Shown piece after piece: positions 36,290 to 46,851 of a DNA stretch of 64,000 nt. The position numbers and the translations under genes were made by a program. Where the stretch lies: NCBI GenBank assembly GCA_028280485.1, contig JANQLS010000148.1, positions 17,002-81,001 of the forward strand, given 5' to 3'. The notes below the pieces were generated by a model. It was not told where the DNA came from. It saw nothing but the letters and a program-made list of their open reading frames with translations, and searched no databases. Each line of letters begins with the position of its first letter. The first letter of the stretch is position 1. Source of the DNA: Planctomycetota bacterium. Lineage in GTDB: Bacteria > Planctomycetota > UBA8108 > JACQVS01.

Positions 36290-37495
36290 ATGGAGGCTTC
36301 GATGAAACGCAGAACATTTATCCATTCAACCCTGGGAACACTCAGCGTTTTGGGCGCCCCCGCCATTTCCATCGCAGGGCCGAGTTCTTCTCCCCCCAAA
36401 AAATATAACGTCGGCATCATCGGTCACACCGGAAGAGGAAACTACGGTCATGGTTTAGACACGGCTTGGTTAGATTTTCCTCACTGTAAGATAACGGCGG
36501 TTGCCGATGCGCATAAGGGTGGCCTTGAACAAGCTTCAAAACGACTTAAAGTCTCGAACACTTATTCCGATTATCGCAAGATGCTCGAGCAGGAAAAACT
36601 CGACATCGTCTCAATTTGTCCTCGGTGGATCGACCAGCATGCTGACATGATGCTGGAAGCCGCCCGACGGGGAATTCACATCCTTATTGAAAAACCGTTT
36701 TGTCGCGATTTGGTAGAAGCCGACAAGGTTGTTGAAGCGCTCAAAAAGAAAAATGTAAAACTCGCCTTAGCCATCCCCACTCTATACAGCCCGAAATACG
36801 AACGAGTAAAAACCCTGATCCAAGATGGAGCCATCGGTAAAGTCTTAGAGCTTCGAGGGCGAGGAAAAGAAGACCGCCGAGGAGGCGGTGAGGATTTGTG
36901 GGTCTTAGGCACTCACATCATGACCATGATTTATGGCCTGAATGGTTTGCCGAATTGGTGCTTTGCGGAAGTCACCGACAAGGGTGAAAGGGTCACTAAG
37001 AAACACGTCTATAACGGCGCTGAAGGCATCGGTCCATTGGCGGGAGATTCGATTCAAGCCACCTTCGGTATGAAAAACGGAATCACCGCTTACTTCAATA
37101 CGAATCGAAATCAAAGAGGTAATCCCAGTCGATTCGGGCTGCAAATCTTCGGCTCGAAGGGAGTCATCGAAATTTTAGAAGCCCCGATGCCCGAGGTAAA
37201 AATCCTTCAAGACTCCAGTTGGTCACCGGGGAGAAGCCGCAAGAACTGGAAAAATGTTTCGTCAGCGGGAATCGATCAGCCAGAACCCCTGAAGGGTGAT
37301 GCTTTCAAACGAAATCATTACGCTATTCAAAGCTTGTTAAAGGCAATTGAAACCGATACTCAAGCCAAAGCAGGTTACAAAGAGGGTTTGGCCGCGAATG
37401 AAATGATCGCTTCGGTTTTTGAATCTCACCGTTTAAATCAACCGGTGACTCTGCCCTTGAAGACGAGACAAAACCCGTTGAGCCTTTTGAAGTAA
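36290..37495 (+). CDS. Gfo/Idh/MocA-family oxidoreductase with Tat signal
   Basis: 401 aa; KRRTFIHSTLGTLSVLGAPA twin-arginine signal; VGIIGHTGRGNYGH Rossmann motif; EKP motif. Confidence 0.85.
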   Translation: MEASMKRRTFIHSTLGTLSVLGAPAISIAGPSSSPPKKYNVGIIGHTGRGNYGHGLDTAWLDFPHCKITAVADAHKGGLEQASKRLKVSNTYSDYRKMLEQEKLDIVSICPRWIDQHADMMLEAARRGIHILIEKPFCRDLVEADKVVEALKKKNVKLALAIPTLYSPKYERVKTLIQDGAIGKVLELRGRGKEDRRGGGEDLWVLGTHIMTMIYGLNGLPNWCFAEVTDKGERVTKKHVYNGAEGIGPLAGDSIQATFGMKNGITAYFNTNRNQRGNPSRFGLQIFGSKGVIEILEAPMPEVKILQDSSWSPGRSRKNWKNVSSAGIDQPEPLKGDAFKRNHYAIQSLLKAIETDTQAKAGYKEGLAANEMIASVFESHRLNQPVTLPLKTRQNPLSLLK

Positions 37496-37554
37496 CCCAA
37501 AATCCATTCCTCATTTCAAGCGCGAAGCGTAAGCGAGTGTTTTCCCGCATCCCC

Positions 37555-37944
37555 CCAGGGTGACGCTTCACTAAGGTAGTCCGCAGGCTCCGCCTGCAGC
37601 CCTCCCGAGGGACGGTTAGCATCCCTCAACATTCGCTTACTCCTGATCGAGTCCATCATTTGGGTTCTCAACAGCTAGTACCGCCCTTACAGGGCTCAAC
37701 ATATTCTCACATTCATCCCAGGGTGACGCTTCGCTAAGGTAGTCCGCAGGCTCCGCATGCGGCCCTCCCGAGGGACGGCTAGCATCCCTCAACATTCGCT
37801 GACTCCTGATCGAGCCCATCCTTTGGGTTCTAAACAGCTAGTACCGCCCTTACAGGGCTCAACATAATCTCACATTCATCCTGGGCGACGCTTCGCTCTG
37901 CCCTGGGCTATAAAATTAGGGCTATCAGCCCTTGGTGGTTTGGG
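37555..37944. repeat. Tandem direct repeat: 163-bp unit x2 (37555-37717, 37718-37880) plus a partial third copy
   Basis: Units are near-identical (ccagggtgacgcttc[a/g]ctaaggtagtccgcaggctccgc...cgcccttacagggctcaacat...cacattcatc). The partial copy continues as ctgggcgacgcttcgctctgccctgggctat..., which also occurs at 55420-55487. Confidence 0.8.
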
Positions 37945-38035
37945 CATCGATAGATTTTAATCGAATTTCCCTGCGCCCTCTGAATTTCAACTTAGCGCAA
38001 ATTCTCTTTCTAATGTTAATTCAAAATCTTTTGCG

Positions 38036-39475
38036 TTACTGACCGTCATCCCCCGTTAACACATTGGGCTTTGAATCTAAAATCAAACCTACCGTAATTC
38101 CAGTAGCTGCAAAGAGAAGTGAGAGTAAATAAGGATGTGGAATTGCAATAAAACCCAATGTAATACCAACGATTGAATTTAGTGAAATTCCTATAAGATA
38201 ATTTAAATAGATTGCACCGATATAACTCCCCGCCCCAAAACTCATCGCTAAAAGCGCGGTCCATTTTCCCCCGGCCTTAAAAAATAAACCGATGATTACA
38301 CAGAAAAAGACACCGGCCGTTCCAAAGGCCGAAGCTTCTTCCACTAGGCCGTACACTGAATCAGAGCTAAAGGCGAGGCCATAAGCAATAAAACCGAAGA
38401 CCACCACCGCAAACCGATTACACTTCAAACGGGTCGAATCCTTATCGATTTTAAAAGCTTGAATCAAAACGTTGTGAGCTAAAAGAGAACCAGCTACAAG
38501 CAGTGCTGAATCCACAGTTGAGAGAATGGCCGAAATCAAGGCCCCTGCGAAGATGATATACAATGGAATCGCTAATTTACTTTTAGCTAATGCCATCAAG
38601 ATTTGTTCGCCCGATTCTAAGTCCGGGATCAATACAGTTCCGGCTAAACCTAAGGCAACGACCAAAACCCCAATGCTGACATAAATGGTGCCCGCAGTCA
38701 GGGCCGCCCCTCGAGCAACGGAAGCAGACCTCGTAGCCACAATCCGCGCAACCAACTCAGCGGCGAAGACCGAGCCGCAAAGCGGGATCGCCCAACCCTC
38801 AAAAAATTCCCCCCAGCTACTGGTGGCACCTTTGAAAGTTAGTTTCTCTTCGGGTATTTCAGAAACATCAAATCCATCCGTAAAGAAATATACGACGACG
38901 AACAAAGTAACCACTCCGATGACGAGAACTAAGCCCTGAATGAAATCCGTCACGGCATCGGCTTTGAGCCCCCCAAATGCTGTGTAAATGATCACCACAG
39001 CTGCCGCACAAGTCGTCGTGATTTGACTATCCCAAGAGGAAGCATGGGAAAGAACTTCTCCGAATGCCTTGATCTGGGCTGCAGCCCAAAGAATCGACCC
39101 CGGAATTAAAAGTACCACTGATAGTTTCTCAGCGGCTGCCCCGAATCGCCTTCTAAAGAGATCTCCAAGGGTGGTTAGTTTCAATTTCCAAATACGGGCA
39201 GCGAAGAATGCCCCCATTAAAAGCACGCATAATCCGTAACCAAAGGGATCTGCTGTGTTCTCTTTAATTCCCCCATCGTAAGAAGCACCGGCTGCGCCAA
39301 TACAAGTCTCAGCCCCAAACCAAGTAGCAAAGATCGTGAAGATAGCCAGTGTTGGACCTAAACTTCTCCCGGCGACGATATAGTCTTCCTCATTCGTAAT
39401 TTTTCGAGAAACCCAGAAGGCGACGACAAGCTGAGCGAGAACATAAAGAATAATTGCGAACAGAGTCCAGGTCAT
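38036..39475 (-). CDS. Sodium:solute symporter (SSS) family transporter
   Basis: 479 aa; N-terminal EDYIVAGRSLGPTLAIFTIFATWFGAETCIGAAGASY SSS signature; about 12-13 TM segments. Confidence 0.9.
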   Translation of the reverse strand: MTWTLFAIILYVLAQLVVAFWVSRKITNEEDYIVAGRSLGPTLAIFTIFATWFGAETCIGAAGASYDGGIKENTADPFGYGLCVLLMGAFFAARIWKLKLTTLGDLFRRRFGAAAEKLSVVLLIPGSILWAAAQIKAFGEVLSHASSWDSQITTTCAAAVVIIYTAFGGLKADAVTDFIQGLVLVIGVVTLFVVVYFFTDGFDVSEIPEEKLTFKGATSSWGEFFEGWAIPLCGSVFAAELVARIVATRSASVARGAALTAGTIYVSIGVLVVALGLAGTVLIPDLESGEQILMALAKSKLAIPLYIIFAGALISAILSTVDSALLVAGSLLAHNVLIQAFKIDKDSTRLKCNRFAVVVFGFIAYGLAFSSDSVYGLVEEASAFGTAGVFFCVIIGLFFKAGGKWTALLAMSFGAGSYIGAIYLNYLIGISLNSIVGITLGFIAIPHPYLLSLLFAATGITVGLILDSKPNVLTGDDGQ

Positions 39476-39504
39476 GATAGCGGAAGGAAGGGATCTTTTT
39501 AGTC

Positions 39505-42500
39505 TTAACCATCACATCGATTGGAGCAACCGATGAATCTCTTACAGGTCGAACCCAAAACGGGAGGCTCGCCACCAATGAAAAGGTAAGAGAGTACCTG
39601 AATCGCATCGGAAAGATCTACTGTGTCATCCCCATTCGAATCTAATAATAATAAATTTCCAACACTATTGAGAGCTTCAGCTTCACACGGGAGTTCCTGC
39701 CCCTCCCCCACATAAAGGAACAGTAACAACCGAATGGCATCCCCAATTTCTAATTTAGAATCTTGATTCGCATCTCCAGGGAGACGGAAGCCCCCTTCCG
39801 TAACTCCCGTCACTTCACCTGGTGTTCCATGGAGCACGGGACTCGCCACCCAAGCCGTGGGATCACTCCATGTCTCCAACTCCTCTTCCAAATCTTCAAC
39901 TTCGAGAGAATACCCCTCGCCATCCGTGGAAGGAACCCAGGAATCTAAGTAAGTCAAATCATGTACAATCCGTCCCCTTGGGCCCTTTAGAATAATTCGA
40001 TCTTTGGCATTACTCAGCCGCCCTCTGAACTCACCGGCGATGATGGATGTATCCACGGAATACCTCAGCGAAAAGGCTTCTTGATTTTCAACCAAGAGAA
40101 TAATGTCTCCGGGAGCTAGAGACTGGATCTCGCTCGTTGAAAAATCAAATTCTACCCCACCTTCGATTCTATATTCATGGAGGTCGATCTCTTGAGAGCC
40201 CATATGAATGAATTCGATAAACTCAAAGTCGTTTTCGGAAAAATCACCCACGACTCCAAAAGGGTGGTAGTGAATTTCACTCATCCTCAGTCCAGCGTCT
40301 CGATAGAAAGAACGATACACGAGAGGACTCCATTCATCTCCGACGACTGCTCGCGCCCAGATATTTTGAGATTGGGAAATCAAAAATTGCGCTTCTTCCT
40401 CTGAAGAAAATTGAACCGCATGCTCAGCGACTTCCCCGCCTTTTAATCGAGGATCTCCTTGAGTGGAATAAAAGATGTCTCCTTCACTACCTGAAACCGT
40501 AATTTGAAGGTTATGAGTAAAAACATCATTGAGAGGTTTGATCGTGGGCGCTTCAATCTCTGAGTAAAGACCGCCAACTCTAAACTGCCCGAGAACTCTT
40601 ACCGAACGTGCGGGAAGGTGAGTCGTGGCTAATTCAGAATTCAAGGGTTCCCAATCGGTATCCGGTAAGTACCCCGGATTGGACTTACGAAAAGTTCCCC
40701 AACGCGCTGCTTCAGCCACCATCGCTTTTCGAATTTGATCGGATATATCTCGCCATGTCTCTCGCACGCCCGAAGGATTCATCGTTTGATCGATCACGTA
40801 GGCCTTATGTAAGCGGTCCGAAAACGTCACCTGAAATTCCTGGTTGACCTTGAGTGCATGAAAATATTTTGTAGGTGAAACACTATCCCGGCGATGAGGC
40901 AAAGTACGGTTGATACTGAAACCCTCGTCGAATGCGAGATCACTATCCCAACAGAAGAATCTGAATTTACCTCCGGGAAGTCGACTGGTAGTCATGTAAT
41001 AGTTTCCCGGCCAATCCAATGCTGGTGCGAACATGTTCACGATCATGTAGTCGATCAGGCTATTGACGTCGAGAACCTCCAAAACCGATTCGTAGTTGGA
41101 GTCTTGAGTCAAATTGAGCTGAATGCGATCTAGAAGCTCATTATGAGCATTCCTATTTCCCGACTGTACTTCTTCATGGTTTTTAATGACGTCATAGTCT
41201 TCTTTGTTACCACCAAAATGCTCGGCGCTGAAAGAATCATCGGGTCTTTCAACGATTTGATAAACTCCCCAATACAGTCCATTGATAAAGAGATTAACAA
41301 AGCGCCCTCGACTACTGACTTGCCCCAAGCGACTTTGAAGCGATCGCAGGTATTCATCGTAAATATACTGCGCAGTGTTGCGCCGCCCAGAGTTGGTATC
41401 GATCCAGGAATCACGGTTGTTGGAACGAAGCACTAACGTGTCGAAGCGATCGACCTCTCCGATTCCGTAGAGCGGGTAGTTTAACTTACTGCTACCGTAT
41501 TGCTCCTTGAACAAAAGCCTCATTCCCAGCTTGGGATTGTTAGAAACATTACGACTGGTGTTTCCATGAATCCTCAAACCGGCATCGATTTGAAAACCAG
41601 CGGCCTCTTCTGGAAAGATCCACTCTGCCGAAACCGGCTTCTCCCAACCAACTCCTCTTCCCCCCGGGTTTTGGTAAAGACCTTGAGAACCAAAAATATC
41701 ATCGAGTTCGAGAACCAATGAAAGAGTGTCGACACTCTCAAAGGCTTCTTCAAATCGATCTGCGTAATCGGGATCACCCACCACCGCGGGATCCATATCG
41801 TATTCCGCTGTCGCACCATTCCAGGATGTGGGGTAACCAGCGGGTCGACTTTGACTCAAAATCGAATCTAAAAATAAATACGTTTGAGTATCAGTATTTG
41901 AAGATTCCAATCCCTCCTTAAAAGCCCGAGCTCGAACAACCGTTGTTCGGTCGATCACCAGAGGGCCTTCATAGAGAGAGCTCGATCCCGCTTCCGGCAA
42001 ACTCCCATCGAGAGTGAAATAGATTTCAGCTCCCTCCGTTTCCGTACTCAATTCTAAAGAGATGGGCTCGGAGTAATATCCGCGGTCAAAATTGAATTTG
42101 GTGTCTTCGACAAATCCTAAAAGACTCCCCTGGTTGGGAGCACCAGGAGTCGCTTCAGAAAAGTATCGCGGAGCTGCTTCCAAAGGGGGAATCGCCAACA
42201 ATTCAAAGGCGACATGGAAATCTTCATCATTAGAGGAGGTATTCAAAGCCTGAACAGCGAGTACATTGGGGCCAACGTTGAGAAGACCCGCGGGATCCGA
42301 AATAAGAACGCTCTCTTGTTCGTACGGAAACTCCCGTTCGGCCGTTGCTGTCGAATCCCATTCCACATCCCCTTGAACATGATGTCGAGCCACCTCCACT
42401 CCGTTGAGATAAGCGACAAACCCAGCATCGTATTCCACATTGAGAAGGAGCCGCTCAAAGACTTGCTCTTCGTCTAAATCAAATTCCTTTCGAAAGTAGG

Positions 42501-43842
42501 CTGTGGGATGGATTTCAAAGAGATCATCTTTAAGATCGGTGGCTTCCCCCGAGCCCGGCTCCCCTAAATTCAATGGAGAACCACCCGCAGCCAAGGCTTG
42601 AATCTCCTCTTCACTCAGCGCTTTTTCCCAAACTGAAACATCGTCGATAAGACCATCAAAGTGAAAGCTATCTGAAGCTCTCAATATGGCTCCAATCGAA
42701 GTTCGATTCAGGGTCATCGCCGTTTTTGAATACGAGAAGTCTTGTCCATCCAAGATCCCATCGACATAAAGTTCGGCTTGCCCATCGCGATCGATCCACG
42801 CGAGATGATGCCAAGTATTATCGAAGGGCTGCGTTTGCGAAAGACGATGGCTTAAGGGGCGGCTACCTGAAGGGAGTCGAATAAAGAGATCGACTTCAGA
42901 ACCATTCCCAGAGTTTGTTCCAATATTGAAGACGGGTGTATTGTTCGAACTTGAACCTTCAGAAAAAACCCGTTTATCGGCCTGGGCTCCGCCCCGCACC
43001 CAAAGGGAGACGCTAAATTCTTCATGGGAATAAATCGGCAACCCTGAATCCTGATTCACTCGTACATAATCATTAGTGCCATCGAAATTGAGGGAACCTT
43101 GAGGGGCCCCATCGAATCCAGTAGCGTAAATGGCCGATCCCCCCACAAACGTGCCGTGATTTTCTCGAGCGTGATCTGAGACATCACCATCAAAAGGCCA
43201 GTACCCGACCAACTCCTCGGAAGGCCCCGCAATTTCTGAATGAGTGTAACCTGCGGGGAGAGAAATCGTCTGCCAATCGTTTCCGGGTGAATAGCTCACT
43301 TGGTTCCACTGCTCCTGATCGAGTGAGCTGGTGGGAACCCAAAATTCAACTTCGGAATTTTCTGGAATAAGAGTCAGGGGCTCAGCCGATAGTCCGTAGG
43401 TAAATCCGCTTCGTTGTTTTGGGTAAGACGGGGCGTATTCGTGATGAACCACACCTTGAGGATTCAGTAAAGCTAAATACTCGCCACTCGAATTGAGACT
43501 GAATGAAGTATGGATAGGGGAATCGATCTGATCTTTTCCCGAGGCGAGAACGACGAGATACTCTCCGGGATCGAGGTGAAGATCAGGAAAGCTCCAAACT
43601 TGGTTATGACTGGGATCATCGGTGAGCTTCCAATCGAGTAAAGAAACGGTACTCGAACCCAAGTTTTGAATCTCAATCCAGTCTTGGGGCTCTCCACTTT
43701 CATCTTCGATTCCATCAGAGGCCGTCGTCTGAATCTCTGAGATAACCAACACATCTTGAGCGTGAAGGACTTCAAAATTTGAAATCCAGACAAAAATCGT
43801 TGTGATCAATAAATGAAAATACCAAGATTTCTTATTCATCAA
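39505..43842 (-). CDS. Large secreted CotH-domain protein with two lamin-tail domains (LTD), a LamG/ConA-like domain and a C-terminal dockerin-like repeat pair
   Basis: 1445 aa; signal peptide; LTD motifs (ISEIQTT...WIEIQNLG; MSEIHYHP...EFIEF); LamG block; CotH core GLRIHGNTSRN...YIYDEY...FINGLYWGVYQIVERPDDSF; C-terminal GDANQDSKLEIGDAI...DSNGDDTVDLSDAI. Confidence 0.7.
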   Translation of the reverse strand: MMNKKSWYFHLLITTIFVWISNFEVLHAQDVLVISEIQTTASDGIEDESGEPQDWIEIQNLGSSTVSLLDWKLTDDPSHNQVWSFPDLHLDPGEYLVVLASGKDQIDSPIHTSFSLNSSGEYLALLNPQGVVHHEYAPSYPKQRSGFTYGLSAEPLTLIPENSEVEFWVPTSSLDQEQWNQVSYSPGNDWQTISLPAGYTHSEIAGPSEELVGYWPFDGDVSDHARENHGTFVGGSAIYATGFDGAPQGSLNFDGTNDYVRVNQDSGLPIYSHEEFSVSLWVRGGAQADKRVFSEGSSSNNTPVFNIGTNSGNGSEVDLFIRLPSGSRPLSHRLSQTQPFDNTWHHLAWIDRDGQAELYVDGILDGQDFSYSKTAMTLNRTSIGAILRASDSFHFDGLIDDVSVWEKALSEEEIQALAAGGSPLNLGEPGSGEATDLKDDLFEIHPTAYFRKEFDLDEEQVFERLLLNVEYDAGFVAYLNGVEVARHHVQGDVEWDSTATAEREFPYEQESVLISDPAGLLNVGPNVLAVQALNTSSNDEDFHVAFELLAIPPLEAAPRYFSEATPGAPNQGSLLGFVEDTKFNFDRGYYSEPISLELSTETEGAEIYFTLDGSLPEAGSSSLYEGPLVIDRTTVVRARAFKEGLESSNTDTQTYLFLDSILSQSRPAGYPTSWNGATAEYDMDPAVVGDPDYADRFEEAFESVDTLSLVLELDDIFGSQGLYQNPGGRGVGWEKPVSAEWIFPEEAAGFQIDAGLRIHGNTSRNVSNNPKLGMRLLFKEQYGSSKLNYPLYGIGEVDRFDTLVLRSNNRDSWIDTNSGRRNTAQYIYDEYLRSLQSRLGQVSSRGRFVNLFINGLYWGVYQIVERPDDSFSAEHFGGNKEDYDVIKNHEEVQSGNRNAHNELLDRIQLNLTQDSNYESVLEVLDVNSLIDYMIVNMFAPALDWPGNYYMTTSRLPGGKFRFFCWDSDLAFDEGFSINRTLPHRRDSVSPTKYFHALKVNQEFQVTFSDRLHKAYVIDQTMNPSGVRETWRDISDQIRKAMVAEAARWGTFRKSNPGYLPDTDWEPLNSELATTHLPARSVRVLGQFRVGGLYSEIEAPTIKPLNDVFTHNLQITVSGSEGDIFYSTQGDPRLKGGEVAEHAVQFSSEEEAQFLISQSQNIWARAVVGDEWSPLVYRSFYRDAGLRMSEIHYHPFGVVGDFSENDFEFIEFIHMGSQEIDLHEYRIEGGVEFDFSTSEIQSLAPGDIILLVENQEAFSLRYSVDTSIIAGEFRGRLSNAKDRIILKGPRGRIVHDLTYLDSWVPSTDGEGYSLEVEDLEEELETWSDPTAWVASPVLHGTPGEVTGVTEGGFRLPGDANQDSKLEIGDAIRLLLFLYVGEGQELPCEAEALNSVGNLLLLDSNGDDTVDLSDAIQVLSYLFIGGEPPVLGSTCKRFIGCSNRCDG

Positions 43843-44168
43843 CCTGAAGGAAAAATTATCACGACTATTGTGAATTGTTAGGAATTGAAATTACTGATTC
43901 GTAAAAAAGAAATCACCCGCCATTCAAGCCCGAAGCTTTAGCGAGGGATAAAAGGCTAGTAAAAATGCTGAAATTCCCAGAAAGATTAAACGGAAATACA
44001 AAATTCAGCACTCCTCCAATTTTACCCACCATAACAGCAAGAGTTGACTCTCCATTTAAAAGATTGAAAGATTTCCTAGAAATTCAACTCAATTAATAGA
44101 CTGTGAGAGTGGATCGAGAGCGATTCTCCGTGGTATAAAAAAGGCTTCAACCCCATTGGAGAAATATC

Positions 44169-45539
44169 ATGCACACTCTATGTACTACCATCTTTCGTTC
44201 TAAAAAAGTTTGGCTGGCCGCTTTATTCCTGTTTGGACTCAGCCCCCTGGCTCAAGCTAAAGAAAAAGGCTGGATCCAGCTGTTTAACGGCAAAGACCTC
44301 AAAGATTGGACTGTTAAAATTCGCGGGCATAAAGCAGGAGTCAACTGGGGAAACACTTTTAGAGTCGAAGATGGTCTGCTCAAAGTACGTTACGACGCTT
44401 ATGAAAAATTTGATCAAACTTTCGGGCATATTTTTTACAAGAAACCCTTTAAGAATTATCGACTCAGAGCCGTCTATCGATTCGTCGGCGATCAAGTCAA
44501 TGAAGGACCCGGTTGGGCGATTAGAAACAGTGGACTGATGCTCCACGGTCAAACCCCTGAAAGCATGACAGTCGGCCAAGATTTCCCGGCATCAATTGAA
44601 GTTCAACTCTTGGGAGGAAACAACGATGGAAAGAAACGCACCACCGCGAATCTTTGTACTCCCTCAACGAATGTTGTGATGAAAGGAAAGCTGTTTCGCC
44701 CTCACTGTATCCGCTCCAGTTCGGAAACTTATCATGGAGAACAATGGGTCACGGCCGAAGTTGAAGTCTTCGGAGACCGCATCAAGCATATCGTCGATGG
44801 TAAGGTTGTCTTGGAATACACCCAGCCCCAATTAGATCCTCGAGATGGTGTCGCTAAGAAGCTGATCGAAAAATACGGCACCAAGATGCTCACCGGAGGA
44901 ACGATCTCGCTTCAATCCGAGAGCCATCCTATCGATTTTAAAAAGGTCGAACTCCTCGAGCTTCCCTCTCCCCAGAAGTGGGTCGATCTCACTCCCCAAA
45001 AAAATCTCGGTAAACACTGGACGACCAAGGGAAATTGGATCGTTGATGACGAGGGAGTGGTTTCATTGGTCCCCCGAAAAGATGACCGAGGTTGGGCTCG
45101 ATTTGATGACTATCTTTGGCTAAAAGGCGAATACAAAGACTTTGAAATGTCCTTCGATTACAAAGTTAAAAAGCGCAGCAACAGCGGCTTCTATTTTCAC
45201 GTCGGAGATCGTAAGAGCCCCGTTGCTAAAGGAATTGAAGTACAAATCTACGACACTTACTCCAGACCCAAGAATCACCGCCTCAATGATCATGATTCAG
45301 GTGGAATTATCCCCGGAATCCCCCCAACGAAAAGAGCAGCAAAAGCTCCCGGTGAGTGGAATCATTTCCACATCCAGTGCTTGGGCAACCGATTGATCGT
45401 CGAGCTCAACGGTGTGATCGTCAACGATGTCGACCTGAATCACAAAAGACTTAAGAATCGACCCAAGACGGGTTCGATCGGCTTTCAGGATCATGCCCTC
45501 GAGCTTTCATTCAAGAATTTACGAATTCGTAAACTATAA
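44169..45539 (+). CDS. Secreted protein with two tandem DUF1080 domains (ConA-like fold)
   Basis: 456 aa; signal peptide; GWIQLFNGKDLKDWTV...GTISLQSESHPIDFKKVEL, then WVDLTPQKNLGKHWTTKGNWIVDDEG...GSIGFQDHALELSFKNLRI. Confidence 0.8.
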   Translation: MHTLCTTIFRSKKVWLAALFLFGLSPLAQAKEKGWIQLFNGKDLKDWTVKIRGHKAGVNWGNTFRVEDGLLKVRYDAYEKFDQTFGHIFYKKPFKNYRLRAVYRFVGDQVNEGPGWAIRNSGLMLHGQTPESMTVGQDFPASIEVQLLGGNNDGKKRTTANLCTPSTNVVMKGKLFRPHCIRSSSETYHGEQWVTAEVEVFGDRIKHIVDGKVVLEYTQPQLDPRDGVAKKLIEKYGTKMLTGGTISLQSESHPIDFKKVELLELPSPQKWVDLTPQKNLGKHWTTKGNWIVDDEGVVSLVPRKDDRGWARFDDYLWLKGEYKDFEMSFDYKVKKRSNSGFYFHVGDRKSPVAKGIEVQIYDTYSRPKNHRLNDHDSGGIIPGIPPTKRAAKAPGEWNHFHIQCLGNRLIVELNGVIVNDVDLNHKRLKNRPKTGSIGFQDHALELSFKNLRIRKL

Positions 45540-45559
45540 GCATAGACTTCTATCGGAGC

Positions 45560-46834
45560 TTGACGATGAACTGGATTCTAACTCTCATTCTTCTGTTCAC
45601 ATCCTTCGTGAACTTAAGTGTTGCGGGTGAACCTCAACCCACTAATGCGCCGAAAAAGGTCAATCGAGATTGGCCTTTTTGGCGAGGCCCCAATCGTAAT
45701 GGAAAAGTTGCCTCTCAAAACATTCCTCGAAAGTGGAGCGAAACTGAAAACGTTGCGTGGAAGATCAAGATTGCCGGCCGCGGTCACTCTTCACCGTGCG
45801 TGATTCAGAATTACGTCTTTCTCTCTACTGCCGATGAGAAAACCAAAGTTGAAACGGCTTTGGCTTTTGATCGTAAAACGGGAAACACACTTTGGGAAAA
45901 GGTACTGACGAAGGGTAAATTTGACAGCCCCAGTCAAGCTCGACGCAGTTGGTCGAATTGCTCACCGGCCTCGGATGGAGAGCGCGTCATCTTTCTTTCT
46001 TCGGGTCACTCTCGAATTTTGGCTACAGCATTCGATTTCAAAGGCAATCGGCTCTGGAAGAAAACAGTCGGCGATTTCGTTTCCCATCACGGTTACTCGG
46101 CCTCCCCCACGATCTACAAAGATTTAGTGCTCATCGCCGCTGACCACAAAGGTGGAGGTTACCTCGCAGGATTAAATCGCAAAACGGGTGATATCGTTTG
46201 GAAAACTCCTCGACCCAAAGAACCATCTTACGTCTCCCCGGCCATCTATCCCATTCACGGTAAGGACCAACTTGTGATCTCAGGCTGTGATCTCTTAGCC
46301 GGATACGATCCTCAATCGGGCCAAGAATTGTGGTCTTACAAAGCCGTGACCACTGAGTGCGTGGGAACAGTGGTCGCATACGGAGACCTCATTTACGCCA
46401 GTGGCGGGTACCCCAAACATCTCACTGTTTGTGCTGAAGCTAAAAAGGGCGGGAAAGTTCTCTGGACGAAACCCCTCAGGACGTACGTCCCATCGATGCT
46501 CATTCACGAAGGGCATCTTTATACCGTCACCGATCGTGGGATCGCTTACTGTTGGGACGCTAAAACGGGTAAAGAAAAGTGGAAGGGACGCCTCAAAGGA
46601 ACATTTATCGCTTCGCCCGTTCTCATCGGAGACACGATCATCGTTCCGAACGAACAAGGAACGACCTTCCTCTTTAAAGCGACTCCTAAAGAATTAAAAG
46701 TGGAAACCGAAAACCAACTCGGTAACCAAATCTTCGCAACCCCCGTCGTCTGCGGTGGTCAAATCTTCCTGAGAAGCACTCACGAAGGACCTAACGGGAA
46801 GCAAGAGTATCTTTATTGTTTAGAGAAGAAATAG
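45560..46834 (+). CDS. Secreted PQQ-like beta-propeller repeat protein
   Basis: 424 aa; signal peptide; WPFWRGPNRNG...WKIKIAGRGHSSP; paralog of 7714..8982; 20 nt downstream of the DUF1080 gene. Confidence 0.75.
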   Translation: MTMNWILTLILLFTSFVNLSVAGEPQPTNAPKKVNRDWPFWRGPNRNGKVASQNIPRKWSETENVAWKIKIAGRGHSSPCVIQNYVFLSTADEKTKVETALAFDRKTGNTLWEKVLTKGKFDSPSQARRSWSNCSPASDGERVIFLSSGHSRILATAFDFKGNRLWKKTVGDFVSHHGYSASPTIYKDLVLIAADHKGGGYLAGLNRKTGDIVWKTPRPKEPSYVSPAIYPIHGKDQLVISGCDLLAGYDPQSGQELWSYKAVTTECVGTVVAYGDLIYASGGYPKHLTVCAEAKKGGKVLWTKPLRTYVPSMLIHEGHLYTVTDRGIAYCWDAKTGKEKWKGRLKGTFIASPVLIGDTIIVPNEQGTTFLFKATPKELKVETENQLGNQIFATPVVCGGQIFLRSTHEGPNGKQEYLYCLEKK

Positions 46835-46851
46835 AATCTTAAATTCCGAAT

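Noticed and set aside
37323-37819. ORFs 37323..37622(-) and 37637..37819(-) over the 163-bp tandem repeats
   Set aside because: They are generated by the repeat itself, have no homology, and cross the well-supported oxidoreductase stop. They are most likely non-coding.
37555-37944. Possible CRISPR array
   Set aside because: The unit is 163 bp with no unique spacers between copies. This is a tandem duplication of a dispersed repeat, not a repeat-spacer array.
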